This document shows positions 21,601-29,141 of a stretch of 45,001 bases of DNA, piece after piece. The notes beneath the pieces are model-generated. The model was not told the origin of the DNA and searched no databases. It saw nothing but the letters and a program-made list of their open reading frames with translations. The first letter of the stretch is position 1; each line of letters starts with the position of its first letter. The DNA lies in IMG/VR virus record IMGVR_UViG_3300025676_000029, positions 1-45,001 of that record; one strand, 5' to 3'. This DNA is from a virus (Duplodnaviria; Caudoviricetes). A program made the translations under genes and the position numbers.

Positions 21601-24081
21601 ACACACTTTGACTTTACAACATACGACGGAAATTCAATATTCCAAATGCAAAATCCGGTGGTAGCTAACGGTTTTAATCTTCGCTTCTCAAACACAGCGG
21701 GTGGTAGTAAAACAAATAGAGTTTCTATTAAAAATGTCGAGGTAAAAAAAATCAGGAGATGGACAGACCCAGGAAGTCTTACCCAACAAGATGAATCAAT
21801 TGGGGAGCCTCCAACAAACATTCTACCTTGGGCAAAAGTTGAGCACACTGCCGTTAATGGTTGGAGCGCTAGTAACAGTAATTTAATTTTAAATGATTTA
21901 GCAATATATACATATGGGCCCGACACGGGATCAGGTACCACGGTAACTTACGATGTTTATAGTGGTGGAGCTGCAACAGGTACTGATACTTATTTAGTTC
22001 CACCTGATCCAAATCCAAACGGCAATCCCCCAATAACCGCATACAATCAATATACAACAACCACGAACGTTATGGATGGCCCAAATAACGTAATAGGAAC
22101 GACAGATGATTTTGGTCATGATGGTTATTTAGAAGCAAGTACTGATGTTACACATACCGCACATTTAACACAAGATTTGAGTGTTGCCACTGGTTCTGGA
22201 CACCCACTAGTAATAGATAACTGGTATGAAGTGAAACTAACCGGAGTTAACGAGACGGGTGGAAACGGTGGTATATTTGTGTCCGATGCTTTAGATTCGA
22301 GTACTTTTCCAGCAACAGTACCACCTATTCCTACAGGACACACGTTGCCTGGTCATTTAGGTACGATTAGCGCTGGTTTACATAAGTCAATTAAGTTTAG
22401 TGACGAAGGTAGTGGCGTGTGGATAGCTAGATGGCAACAGAAAGATACTAGTGGGGATTTAAATGAGTTAAAAATATACTTTTATGATTTCTCTGGTACA
22501 GTAGGTGGAATAGAGTTCGCAGACATTTCGGGTGTAGCAACCGGAGGAAATGCTAATAATTGGAGTCTAGGTGGTAACGAACCTGCGTACCATTACTATA
22601 ACGCAAAAACCGTATATTATCAAAACGGAGCGATTAAGTGGGATAATGGTGTTGGTGGAAACTATGTAGCCCAAAATTTTAGTGATGAATCAAGTAGCCA
22701 AAGTAGAGCGCAAGATATAAGTAATACTCCAAAAGTAACAGAAGATGGATATGAATTAAAATTTAGAATACACAACGTAGTGAATCCTGCTGGTAGTTTA
22801 AGTGGGTATGTTACCGCGGCCGAAAGAAATTATGGAACCTCAGCCAATCCTGACCGTAAGGCTTATGGTTTTGAATTTGTAGGTTTAGATACTGATGGAT
22901 ATTACAAAGTTTTAGGAAATTTTGATGGAACTACCGTTCCAACAATAGCTAAATACGACTCGAGCTATACTACAGAAGACACTTCTCAATCCAACTTATC
23001 TGCTTCTATAAAAACTACAACGAACTACGGGCACATGAATAAAATAGTTTTCCGAGTTCCAGATGGTGGTTCTTTTAATGGGAGAATAGATGACGTGTCC
23101 TTAATGGATGTTACTAATTATTTCACCACAACAAACGCGGGATCATGGGTGTTTGGTGGATTTAATCAAACTTTAGAAAACTATATTGTTTTTGACGACG
23201 TTAATAAAAATATAGTATTTACTAACGCTCCTGATACGGTCTCTTTAAAACAAAGTATTCCAGATCATGATTTTACTACTGGAGCTACTACTCGATTAAA
23301 GTTTGATGCCATTGGTATAACTAGCGGTTCTATTAGTGGATATTTTTATAATAACGAAGGAAAAGGATTTGCTTTTGGACCAATTGACATTGATGAGAAT
23401 CACGACAAAGAATACGTTATGGGGGACGACGAATCCGCGGTCTCTGATGCTAGCTTGTTACGTAACACATTTGTTATAAGTGTAGATACTGGAGACTTTA
23501 GTGGAACTTTAGATAATTTTGAATTACATAGAATATATCCTGAGTTTATACCAACTACTATTACTTATAGTGAAGATGTTAAAGGTTGGACAAGCTTCAA
23601 ATCATTTATACCAGAATCTGGGGTTAATTTATCTAAAGAATATTACACGTTTAAAGAAGGTAGTCTCTATAAACATCACAGCGAAGACGTGGATAGAAAC
23701 ACGTTTTACATAAATGAGTTTACAGAATCTTCTATTACAACAATTTTAAATGCAGAACCATCATTAGTAAAAATATATAACACGTTAAACTACGAGGGTA
23801 GTCAATCTAAAATAAATCTTCATGATACTCAAGATGTTTTTGACGCTAATGGCAGCACTGTAACTTTATCTAACGCTGAGATATATAATTTAAAAGCTAA
23901 GGATGGTTGGTATGTTGATAGCATAACAACAGATAAGCAAAGTGGAAGCATATTAGAATTTATAGAAAAAGAAGGGAAGTGGTTTAACTACATTAAAGGA
24001 ACTGGAATGACAGACACAACACTACCATCTACAGCAGATTTAAGTTTTCAAGGATTAGGAATGGTGTCTAATACAATATAA
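15667..24081 (+). CDS. Tail stabilization / muzzle (nozzle)-like protein, 2804 aa, with large insertions
   Basis: N-terminal FTQGKMNKDLDER...NILGN, LLWTDGVNEPRRINI, FSYRYKYEDGEYS, GNRVVYGNY, YGRETPV, GIESNRIRDDFN, YGSIQKL, FGISKNPES and C-terminal KEGKWFNYIKG, recognised as stabilization-protein motifs of crAss-like and related phages. Confidence 0.75.
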   Translation: MPEIKNTFTQGKMNKDLDERIIPNGQYRHAMNVQVSTSDGSDVGTVQNILGNTSVENIVGSGFKCVGSVSDEKKDRLYWFIKGSSIDAILEYSIKKGTNAVLVDTKANTSEAVLKFKDNIITGINIIDDLLLWTDGVNEPRRINIERCKLGNENLTNLSTANHTKLVTGGEVTETEITVKSNFTEVGVSLTDIDLFTTSRLKIGDELIKIRNYNFGTPYRKITAITGDTITLSSGILGSSYINPEDKLVFKRAEDVTEEHITSIKKNPLKSLNFVINEADPSDKSPLFEKIFPRFSYRYKYEDGEYSTFAPFTNVVFKSLYGKGPKNIIDYTDATAYGIQEPYNLGMQNMIQSIELKDFISPDTPKDVVQVDLLYKQENSPIVYVLDIIKNSDAAWDDDGSSIDSEHKGSFTVKSENIYAALPENQLLRPWDNIPKTALAQEVTGNRVVYGNYTQGYNLGEDDTGGKISPSVVSSYDLRSVQEDFITGGLPSVKSQRNYQIGVVYGDKYGRETPVFTGEDASLTIPWEDGNLNASRSLRLKTEINSQHPEWASYYKFFVKETSGEYYNLVMDAIYNPTVEDLSEEAESHVWLSFASSDRNKVSEEDYIIFKKKIGENAQIPTENKYKILDIKNEAPESIQYKYLKLGEVDNTLGKLNDTAANGGIFHDSTKRPIAVGPKGTDYFYIHKTNWQADGNNGMSLTVNDEISDTQDLFISFVNKEGEVSSKTEKYKIASIRISSGNVYIIQLEKPITDVDAAMMEKSGTSSQELHDDLVVLIERKLEKSREAFAGRFFVKVNNKGPIEDLQDSSQIETFIVATHTENLHWHADTNTASYDPANGLINNTYNGTAPSGDDRTWVVTSGGNLTNTEASWDNLLTEVGNNRFFIDNMYMAASQPSDIFYAKNSGQGWYGGNPNISEELLYKTGSASNSVWKTGGSGATKGTGSNTVPTGWIIGGGGKFAFPTNANSSMSLQNPGTPYIGGNLINGIDGIVQTTDDHNSSTGIRRWRKSIYETDLTQWDYGNHPSHNGKNVIHLSFLAPGEDLHDGSWAYSKTQWDFNSTKIPKSLQGIHGGGVFTKPSGGNFQNIGGSNSVGYNMGVHMESSHPSTAGSGTYEGTTNIRGANMWGYDPIYKSKHDNQWKPWIKADGTTDAAIESFTTALTKSGGGQKFKFTDDPDETIYTIQRVVEKRIYNHTPWRKMYKHDGSGAIVGTGDSVEEAATIWRENATGASIYTHSDAQEWMDRVVNFGKANNRRVCYIIHLEDPAPNQAFPTTPGNFDPTGGTLLNSVDFSAIEFIYEDFNLLDGSVSENPAIWETEPKENTGLDIYYETNQAYPTTLTLENIELFAQVGSEIKFDLSGATTGTSIGVINDPIKLKEWISADTFTVEISPTQPGVNTYTGLTATPTMLSYIGTKVKFIKLDGSFTEGVISASPTKTIAGVFYLVYDTFTITPTAEIGLSWYNCLTFGNGIESNRIRDDFNAMTLSNGVRANATLDKAYKEEHRKSGLIYSGLYNSTSGVNNLNQFIAAEKITKDLNPTYGSIQKLFSRRISLIAFCEDRVIGIIANKNALYNADGNPQVVATNAVLGDANPFVGDFGISKNPESFVSESYRAYFTDKQRGAVLRLSKDGLTPISDAGMHDYFRDNLRTSGKLIGTYDSHKNDYNITLTDYLPENLIVNGLLEEGEGGSTESFDPTDLVIDGSFTSGSNVVHPAVPSNVASNSILNSTTTITNYNSIGQYTLQPSQAEMIPSNWFDDFPSNGTIYKMNFQTQSPNPQVFGTPPSAVGETGNPPDAVHWGSFVSGDGLVGMGYNTKHTPWFQNSGTGSYGQANIRVKLTELGDGLVASGMASSFPNAINPTLFHGEIFKVNLTIQNYGHPSGSSLHTTDDIDFKVELLDATNALITSGLFMDIVTAEGIYNPATAEGYTIDSKNLGYVNNSSLYQGATTSGIKFSGLPTVGGNIINLSFYFALQGTLGTHFDFTTYDGNSIFQMQNPVVANGFNLRFSNTAGGSKTNRVSIKNVEVKKIRRWTDPGSLTQQDESIGEPPTNILPWAKVEHTAVNGWSASNSNLILNDLAIYTYGPDTGSGTTVTYDVYSGGAATGTDTYLVPPDPNPNGNPPITAYNQYTTTTNVMDGPNNVIGTTDDFGHDGYLEASTDVTHTAHLTQDLSVATGSGHPLVIDNWYEVKLTGVNETGGNGGIFVSDALDSSTFPATVPPIPTGHTLPGHLGTISAGLHKSIKFSDEGSGVWIARWQQKDTSGDLNELKIYFYDFSGTVGGIEFADISGVATGGNANNWSLGGNEPAYHYYNAKTVYYQNGAIKWDNGVGGNYVAQNFSDESSSQSRAQDISNTPKVTEDGYELKFRIHNVVNPAGSLSGYVTAAERNYGTSANPDRKAYGFEFVGLDTDGYYKVLGNFDGTTVPTIAKYDSSYTTEDTSQSNLSASIKTTTNYGHMNKIVFRVPDGGSFNGRIDDVSLMDVTNYFTTTNAGSWVFGGFNQTLENYIVFDDVNKNIVFTNAPDTVSLKQSIPDHDFTTGATTRLKFDAIGITSGSISGYFYNNEGKGFAFGPIDIDENHDKEYVMGDDESAVSDASLLRNTFVISVDTGDFSGTLDNFELHRIYPEFIPTTITYSEDVKGWTSFKSFIPESGVNLSKEYYTFKEGSLYKHHSEDVDRNTFYINEFTESSITTILNAEPSLVKIYNTLNYEGSQSKINLHDTQDVFDANGSTVTLSNAEIYNLKAKDGWYVDSITTDKQSGSILEFIEKEGKWFNYIKGTGMTDTTLPSTADLSFQGLGMVSNTI

Positions 24082-24083
24082 AA

Positions 24084-25292
24084 ATGAAATTAATAACTAG
24101 CTTTAACATAAACGAATCAAACTTATCAACCTTATCTAACTTTAGACAGTTTTCTATCGAAGGGGAGAAAGATGCGGAGTTCATGTTGCAGGTTGTCAAT
24201 TCTTCTCAAGAATTTTATAACTTTAGTTCTAAATCTTTTACAGCGGCGTTTACTTCAGAGAATAATTTAACTGTTAAAATGAAAAGTGGTATCTATAACG
24301 GTTCTATAAAGTTCCCAGCAAACGCAAGTGGAGATGTTTATACTGTATTAATATTAACGGGTGCTAGTGAAGATACTGAACTAGGAATTGGGTATGGAAA
24401 AAATTCGTATAGTACATCTATAACACAGGTTGGAGACAGTACTTTAACTTTTACACCGCTATCTGCCACGAGTAGTAAATACGATAGTATGCCTTCAAAT
24501 ATAACCTCCGTGGGATCTCCAGGTACTTTTAACGCTACGAAATCACTTAATTGGGATCTTCTAGGTCAGCAAAGTGATGCGAATGGATTTGGTCTTAGAC
24601 TAATAAGACAACCTATAGATACCGATTGGTATTTCCAAACTACAGAAGTAATATCTTCAAATCCATTAGGAGACGCGGTAAGTAATAATACCGTGATAGT
24701 TTCTGATTTAACAGATATAGGGACTGGTATGGAATTAGTATACCACAAAAGCACTACGGCACCAGCGGCAACAACCGTTATAACTGCCATTAATCAATCT
24801 ACAAAAACTATAACATTTTCAACAAATACAGCTTTTGAAGATGGAGAGACAATGACATTGAGAGCTAAAGGTTCGAGTGTTATACAAAAAGCTATTGGAG
24901 CTAATATCGACTTCTCTAATTTTAACGCTAGCACAACCTCAGCAACCTCTGCAGAATTAACTAAAACGGTTAGAGAAGCAGCGTCAGATAATAACATTGC
25001 TTTAAACGGAACGTACGGTATATCTGGAGGTGGATTTGTAACAATGTCTGGCGCTGGGATGAAGAACACTGGTGGGAACGCGGTTCAAGTAGTGGCGCCT
25101 GGAGAGGGTGACGGAAGCGTACTAACCGAAGAAAGCCAGTCTATTCAAGAAGGTACTAGAATATACTTTACAGGATCGACGCTAACAATATCTGTTGTAA
25201 ATACTTTTACGATAAATTCTCATCCATCTGCAAATAAAACAATATACTTAAACTTAGATAACTTTATAACACCGGGAATTTCCGGATCATAA
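24084..25292 (+). CDS. Putative tail-associated structural protein, 402 aa
   Basis: S/T/G-rich beta-strand composition; lies within the tail gene block. Confidence 0.55.
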   Translation: MKLITSFNINESNLSTLSNFRQFSIEGEKDAEFMLQVVNSSQEFYNFSSKSFTAAFTSENNLTVKMKSGIYNGSIKFPANASGDVYTVLILTGASEDTELGIGYGKNSYSTSITQVGDSTLTFTPLSATSSKYDSMPSNITSVGSPGTFNATKSLNWDLLGQQSDANGFGLRLIRQPIDTDWYFQTTEVISSNPLGDAVSNNTVIVSDLTDIGTGMELVYHKSTTAPAATTVITAINQSTKTITFSTNTAFEDGETMTLRAKGSSVIQKAIGANIDFSNFNASTTSATSAELTKTVREAASDNNIALNGTYGISGGGFVTMSGAGMKNTGGNAVQVVAPGEGDGSVLTEESQSIQEGTRIYFTGSTLTISVVNTFTINSHPSANKTIYLNLDNFITPGISGS

Positions 25293-25293
25293 T

Positions 25294-25638
25294 ATGGCGT
25301 TAAGAATAAATTTAAAAAACGAAATTGATAATGTATCCTTACAAGTTGGGGATATAGCTTACTACGTTAAAGATGATGATACTAGTACTTCTGTAGCTAG
25401 TTTTACCGATAGCGTTAAAAGAATAGGTAAAATAACTAGTATAGGAACCTCATATATAATTGTTGGTTCGTCTACTAACGATCCTCCTGACGATGCGTTT
25501 TTGATGTTCTCTAAAGATAAGGTAGCGAATAACACGAGTTTAGTAGGTTATTTCGCAGAAGTAAAGCTAAGCAACAACTCAACTGAAAAAGCAGAATTGT
25601 TTTCGTTGGGTTCTGAAATAACGCCTAGTAGTAAATAA
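25294..25638 (+). CDS. Small tail-associated protein, 114 aa
   Basis: NVSLQVGDIAYY...LVGYFAEVKLSN...KAELFSLGSE; last gene of the tail block. Confidence 0.55.
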   Translation: MALRINLKNEIDNVSLQVGDIAYYVKDDDTSTSVASFTDSVKRIGKITSIGTSYIIVGSSTNDPPDDAFLMFSKDKVANNTSLVGYFAEVKLSNNSTEKAELFSLGSEITPSSK

Positions 25639-25644
25639 AGTACA

Positions 25645-25666
25645 AAAAGTGTAACTATATAGTTAC
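25645..25666 (+). promoter_or_regulatory. Candidate promoter or operator containing a perfect 16-bp palindrome (gtaactatatagttac, 25651-25666)
   Basis: Palindrome read directly; a similar gtaattatata lies at 40705 in another module-start intergenic region. Confidence 0.45.
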
Positions 25667-25683
25667 GAATTAAATTAAATTAA

Positions 25684-26154
25684 ATGGATAATATTAACTT
25701 TAGAACCTTTAAGCAAGGTGACTATGAAACATGTTGTGAGTGGTGGAAATGGTGGTGGGGATCGTTTGGAGCAGAACCAATTAGAAGAGGGTTTTTACCG
25801 AAAGACGAAAGATGTTTTATAATTGAAAAAAATGACACGCCTATCGCTGCGACTTTCTTAATACTATCATATGACATACCAGCGGTAGCTTGGACTACAT
25901 ATTTAGTTTCAAATCCAGATTACAGAGAGAAAGATAGAAGAGATATAATAGGGACATTAATAAATAACGTAGAAAAGGAAGCTGAAAAATATGGGGTATT
26001 ACAGTTGTTTACCGTTTGTGGAGATACACATATATCAAATATATACAAGAATTTAGAATGGGAAATGGCCCCTGCAAAATACGAGGCGTTCAAATACATA
26101 GAAAATAATTTGAGAAAAATAGATAAAAATTATGGGAAGAAAAGCAAAAGCTAG
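25684..26154 (+). CDS. GNAT-family acetyltransferase-like protein
   Basis: N-terminal FRTFKQGDY, beta-strand FIIEKNDTPIAATFL, motif A-like LVSNPDYREK...GTLINNVEKEAEKYG, and IYKNLEW. Confidence 0.7.
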   Translation: MDNINFRTFKQGDYETCCEWWKWWWGSFGAEPIRRGFLPKDERCFIIEKNDTPIAATFLILSYDIPAVAWTTYLVSNPDYREKDRRDIIGTLINNVEKEAEKYGVLQLFTVCGDTHISNIYKNLEWEMAPAKYEAFKYIENNLRKIDKNYGKKSKS

Positions 26155-26992
26155 ACAATCAGCATTAGAAGAAAAAATGTTTGCTGCCACTGAAGAACAG
26201 TTGGCGAAATACAATGAAGAACAGGTAGTTCAACGTGAACTTTTAGAAGTGCAAAAAGGAAAATATAGACAGTTTCAATTTGAAAATCCATATGGTGATA
26301 TGGAAAACTATTATGAAGATATGACCGTTGACACTACTGCGGCAGATTATCAAATGAGACAAGGTCAACAACAAAGATCTAATATAATGAACCAGTTAAG
26401 AGGTGTAGCTGGTAGTAGCGGTATAGGTGGGTTAGCGCAAGCATTAGCAAATCAAGGCACTTTACAAGCTGGACAAGTCTCAGCTCAATTATCTCAACAA
26501 GAAAGACAAAACGCTATGATGGCTGCTAAAGGAGCTTCTGCTGCTGATATGGCTCAAAGAGGTGGTGCAGCTATGGTTCAATCCGCTGAAATGCAAAGAC
26601 AATCTACCTTACTCGGTATTGAGTATGGTGGTATGGCTGGGGCTAACGCTGGTGTTCAAGCCGCTTATGGAAATCAAATGTCAGCGTTTGGAGCGAGCGC
26701 TAATATGATTGGTTCTCAAATGCAGATGACGGGTCAAATGTATGGAGCAGCTTTTGAGGCAATAGGAACAGCGAAAGCATCTGACAGACAACTTAAAAAG
26801 AATATAAATAAAATTGGTGAATCACCTAGTGGATTAAATATATATAGTTTTGAATACAAAAACTCTAAATATGGAGAGGGATTATTCCAAGGTGTAATGT
26901 CTGACGAAATACCTCAAGAAGCGGTTGGAACAAGAGATGGTTATGATACTGTAGATTATAGTATGTTAGATGTAGAATTTAAACAAATATAA
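26132..26992 (+). CDS. Putative ejection / DNA-pilot-like protein with C-terminal peptidase S74 (intramolecular chaperone auto-cleavage) domain
   Basis: Q/A/G/M-rich helical body, then ASDRQLKKNI...GLNIYSFEY...QGVMSDEI...VDYSML starting at 26780. Confidence 0.7.
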   Translation: MGRKAKARQSALEEKMFAATEEQLAKYNEEQVVQRELLEVQKGKYRQFQFENPYGDMENYYEDMTVDTTAADYQMRQGQQQRSNIMNQLRGVAGSSGIGGLAQALANQGTLQAGQVSAQLSQQERQNAMMAAKGASAADMAQRGGAAMVQSAEMQRQSTLLGIEYGGMAGANAGVQAAYGNQMSAFGASANMIGSQMQMTGQMYGAAFEAIGTAKASDRQLKKNINKIGESPSGLNIYSFEYKNSKYGEGLFQGVMSDEIPQEAVGTRDGYDTVDYSMLDVEFKQI

Positions 26993-26994
26993 AT

Positions 26995-29130
26995 ATGGCG
27001 ACAAATTTAAATCCAGGTGCAGATGCAACATTAGTACAAGCGGCAACAAACGCCGCGATGGCAAACGTACCTTTAGATCAAAGTAAAGCTTATGCACAAC
27101 TTGCAGCGGGATATGCAAAGTTCGCGGATGGAATGGTGTCAATGTACGCACCTATAGCTAAACAGGTGGGAGAAGCGGCGGCACCTCTTGTAGAAAAAGT
27201 AAAAGAAAAAGTTGGTGAGAATTTACAAGAGCTTTGGTTAGCTATTAACACCCCTTTTAAAGACGAATGGACAGTTCAACCTAACGAGAAAGGGGAGCAA
27301 ATTACAAATTTGGTTGAAGAGTGGGAAGCATCTGCAGGGGAGGGGAATTTACTAGAGTCGTTTAGTATAGGTAATTATAATAGTGCCGACATCGAGAAGT
27401 TTCAAACGCGAATAGAAGAATTATACCCAAACGCTTTTCCAAAATGGGGTACCGATGGTAGAATGGGGCTAGAAACAGAAACGGCTATTAAAAATTTACT
27501 GAAGGATAAAGAAGAATACGGTAAATCTGGTCCAACGATTCTACCAGGAAAAACGTTTTCATTTGATAATGGCCAAGGTCAAACTAATAATATATCGCTA
27601 ACTGGACAAGACGAGTATATCCAAGGGTTAAAAGATGAAAATGCAAGTATTGAAGCGGAGTATGCGAGTAATATTATAGACAAAACTGAGCGTGATAAAA
27701 AGTTAGCGATTAATAAATCTAAAGCTCAAAACGCTAAAAATTCAGCTAGAGCGTTTTCAAAAGAACAAGTAAGAGTTATGAATCTCATTAATAATAATAA
27801 CTTCAATCCAATGGCATCAGGAGCTATGGGTATGGATTTCATTAACGCGGCGATAGAACGTGGTAGATCCGCTGCAGACGGATCGCGCGTTGTTAGAGGT
27901 TATGATGATGATGGGAATATAGCTTTAATATGGATAGATAAATATGGTAGAGCTAAAATAGATCCTACCACTGGTAAGTCTTGGGTTGTTTCGCAAGGAC
28001 AAATGAAAAAATTCATAGTTGAAAAAGATACTGAATCTGAACTAGCTATAACAAAAATCGTTACAACAGACCAGCAAGCACTTGGAAAATCTGGCGTAGA
28101 GTTTAATGGACAAGAGATCATGAACAATGCCACTAAATTGATCTCTGATGGTGGAGAAAAAACCTTCTTACATCTGACAAATACACCCTTAGCAGATAAT
28201 ACCGGAACGTATCGTGAATATGTCTATGGGGCTAAGAAAGACGAAAACGGTAATTGGGTATTTGACCCAACAAAATTAAGTCAGGAAATATATACTCAAT
28301 TAACTATGTTAGGTAGTCAATTTGACGCTGATGGAAACGATAGGGTTGACGCCCAAGACTTTAATACACCTGAAAGTAGAGCGGCGCTAGCTAATTATTT
28401 AACTAGTTATAATCCTACGTCTGTAAATGCTTTTGCTAGCTTTATGAAAGACACAGCTGAAGGATACCACGCTCAAGGAGCTGGGATGATAAAACCAGCA
28501 AAAACAAAAAAGAAGACAAAAAAAAAGACTGATGAAAACAAAGAACCGGAATTTGATGAAACTCGTGATGGCGGTGATAACACCGAAACAATTAACGTAG
28601 ATAATAATAGTGTAGAGGAACTTATGAAGAAATACTCCGGGCAAATGACCCTTGAGGAATCAAAAAAGACATCTATTGTTAACGAATTAATTAAATACGA
28701 CTCAAATCCAAATAGAAGTTTTAAAGGAGAGTTTACTACATCAGATAATAAAAATGCTTTTAACATTTATGGGTATTCCCCAGCCCAAGCTAAGTTAGCT
28801 ATTAAAGATATTGACAAGCATTTAGGAAGCGGCAGAGAGTACACCTTCCAAAAGTTTTTTGAAGATCATTTTGACTACGTAGGGGCGACCCGTCCGCTTG
28901 GTATGATGGGGGGAACTGAAGATTGGATTGATGCTAGAGCGGCTTGGAAGCAAATAAAACTAGCTTATAGTAATAATCCATTACTAAAAGATGTAGATAA
29001 GTTAGATTTAACAGGTCAAACAGGAGGCGGTGAAGATTCTGGAAGATACACCACAAACAGCGCGATTCAAGCGTTTCTTAAATCCAATGCTATAGGAGGA
29101 TACACAGCACCTACTACCATATATAAATAA
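26995..29130 (+). CDS. Putative ejection / cargo protein, 711 aa, with peptidoglycan-binding-like and EF-hand-like motifs
   Basis: Lies between the pilot-like and giant proteins; IEKFQ...GTDGRMGLETETAI (27391-27489) and DADGNDRVDAQD (28324-28359). Confidence 0.55.
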   Translation: MATNLNPGADATLVQAATNAAMANVPLDQSKAYAQLAAGYAKFADGMVSMYAPIAKQVGEAAAPLVEKVKEKVGENLQELWLAINTPFKDEWTVQPNEKGEQITNLVEEWEASAGEGNLLESFSIGNYNSADIEKFQTRIEELYPNAFPKWGTDGRMGLETETAIKNLLKDKEEYGKSGPTILPGKTFSFDNGQGQTNNISLTGQDEYIQGLKDENASIEAEYASNIIDKTERDKKLAINKSKAQNAKNSARAFSKEQVRVMNLINNNNFNPMASGAMGMDFINAAIERGRSAADGSRVVRGYDDDGNIALIWIDKYGRAKIDPTTGKSWVVSQGQMKKFIVEKDTESELAITKIVTTDQQALGKSGVEFNGQEIMNNATKLISDGGEKTFLHLTNTPLADNTGTYREYVYGAKKDENGNWVFDPTKLSQEIYTQLTMLGSQFDADGNDRVDAQDFNTPESRAALANYLTSYNPTSVNAFASFMKDTAEGYHAQGAGMIKPAKTKKKTKKKTDENKEPEFDETRDGGDNTETINVDNNSVEELMKKYSGQMTLEESKKTSIVNELIKYDSNPNRSFKGEFTTSDNKNAFNIYGYSPAQAKLAIKDIDKHLGSGREYTFQKFFEDHFDYVGATRPLGMMGGTEDWIDARAAWKQIKLAYSNNPLLKDVDKLDLTGQTGGGEDSGRYTTNSAIQAFLKSNAIGGYTAPTTIYK

Positions 29131-29141
29131 CGCTAAACTCT

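Noticed and set aside
28495-28530. A-rich tract as a programmed frameshift site
   Set aside because: It encodes an in-frame Lys-rich linker (KTKKKTKKKT), and the ORF continues normally with no useful alternative frame.
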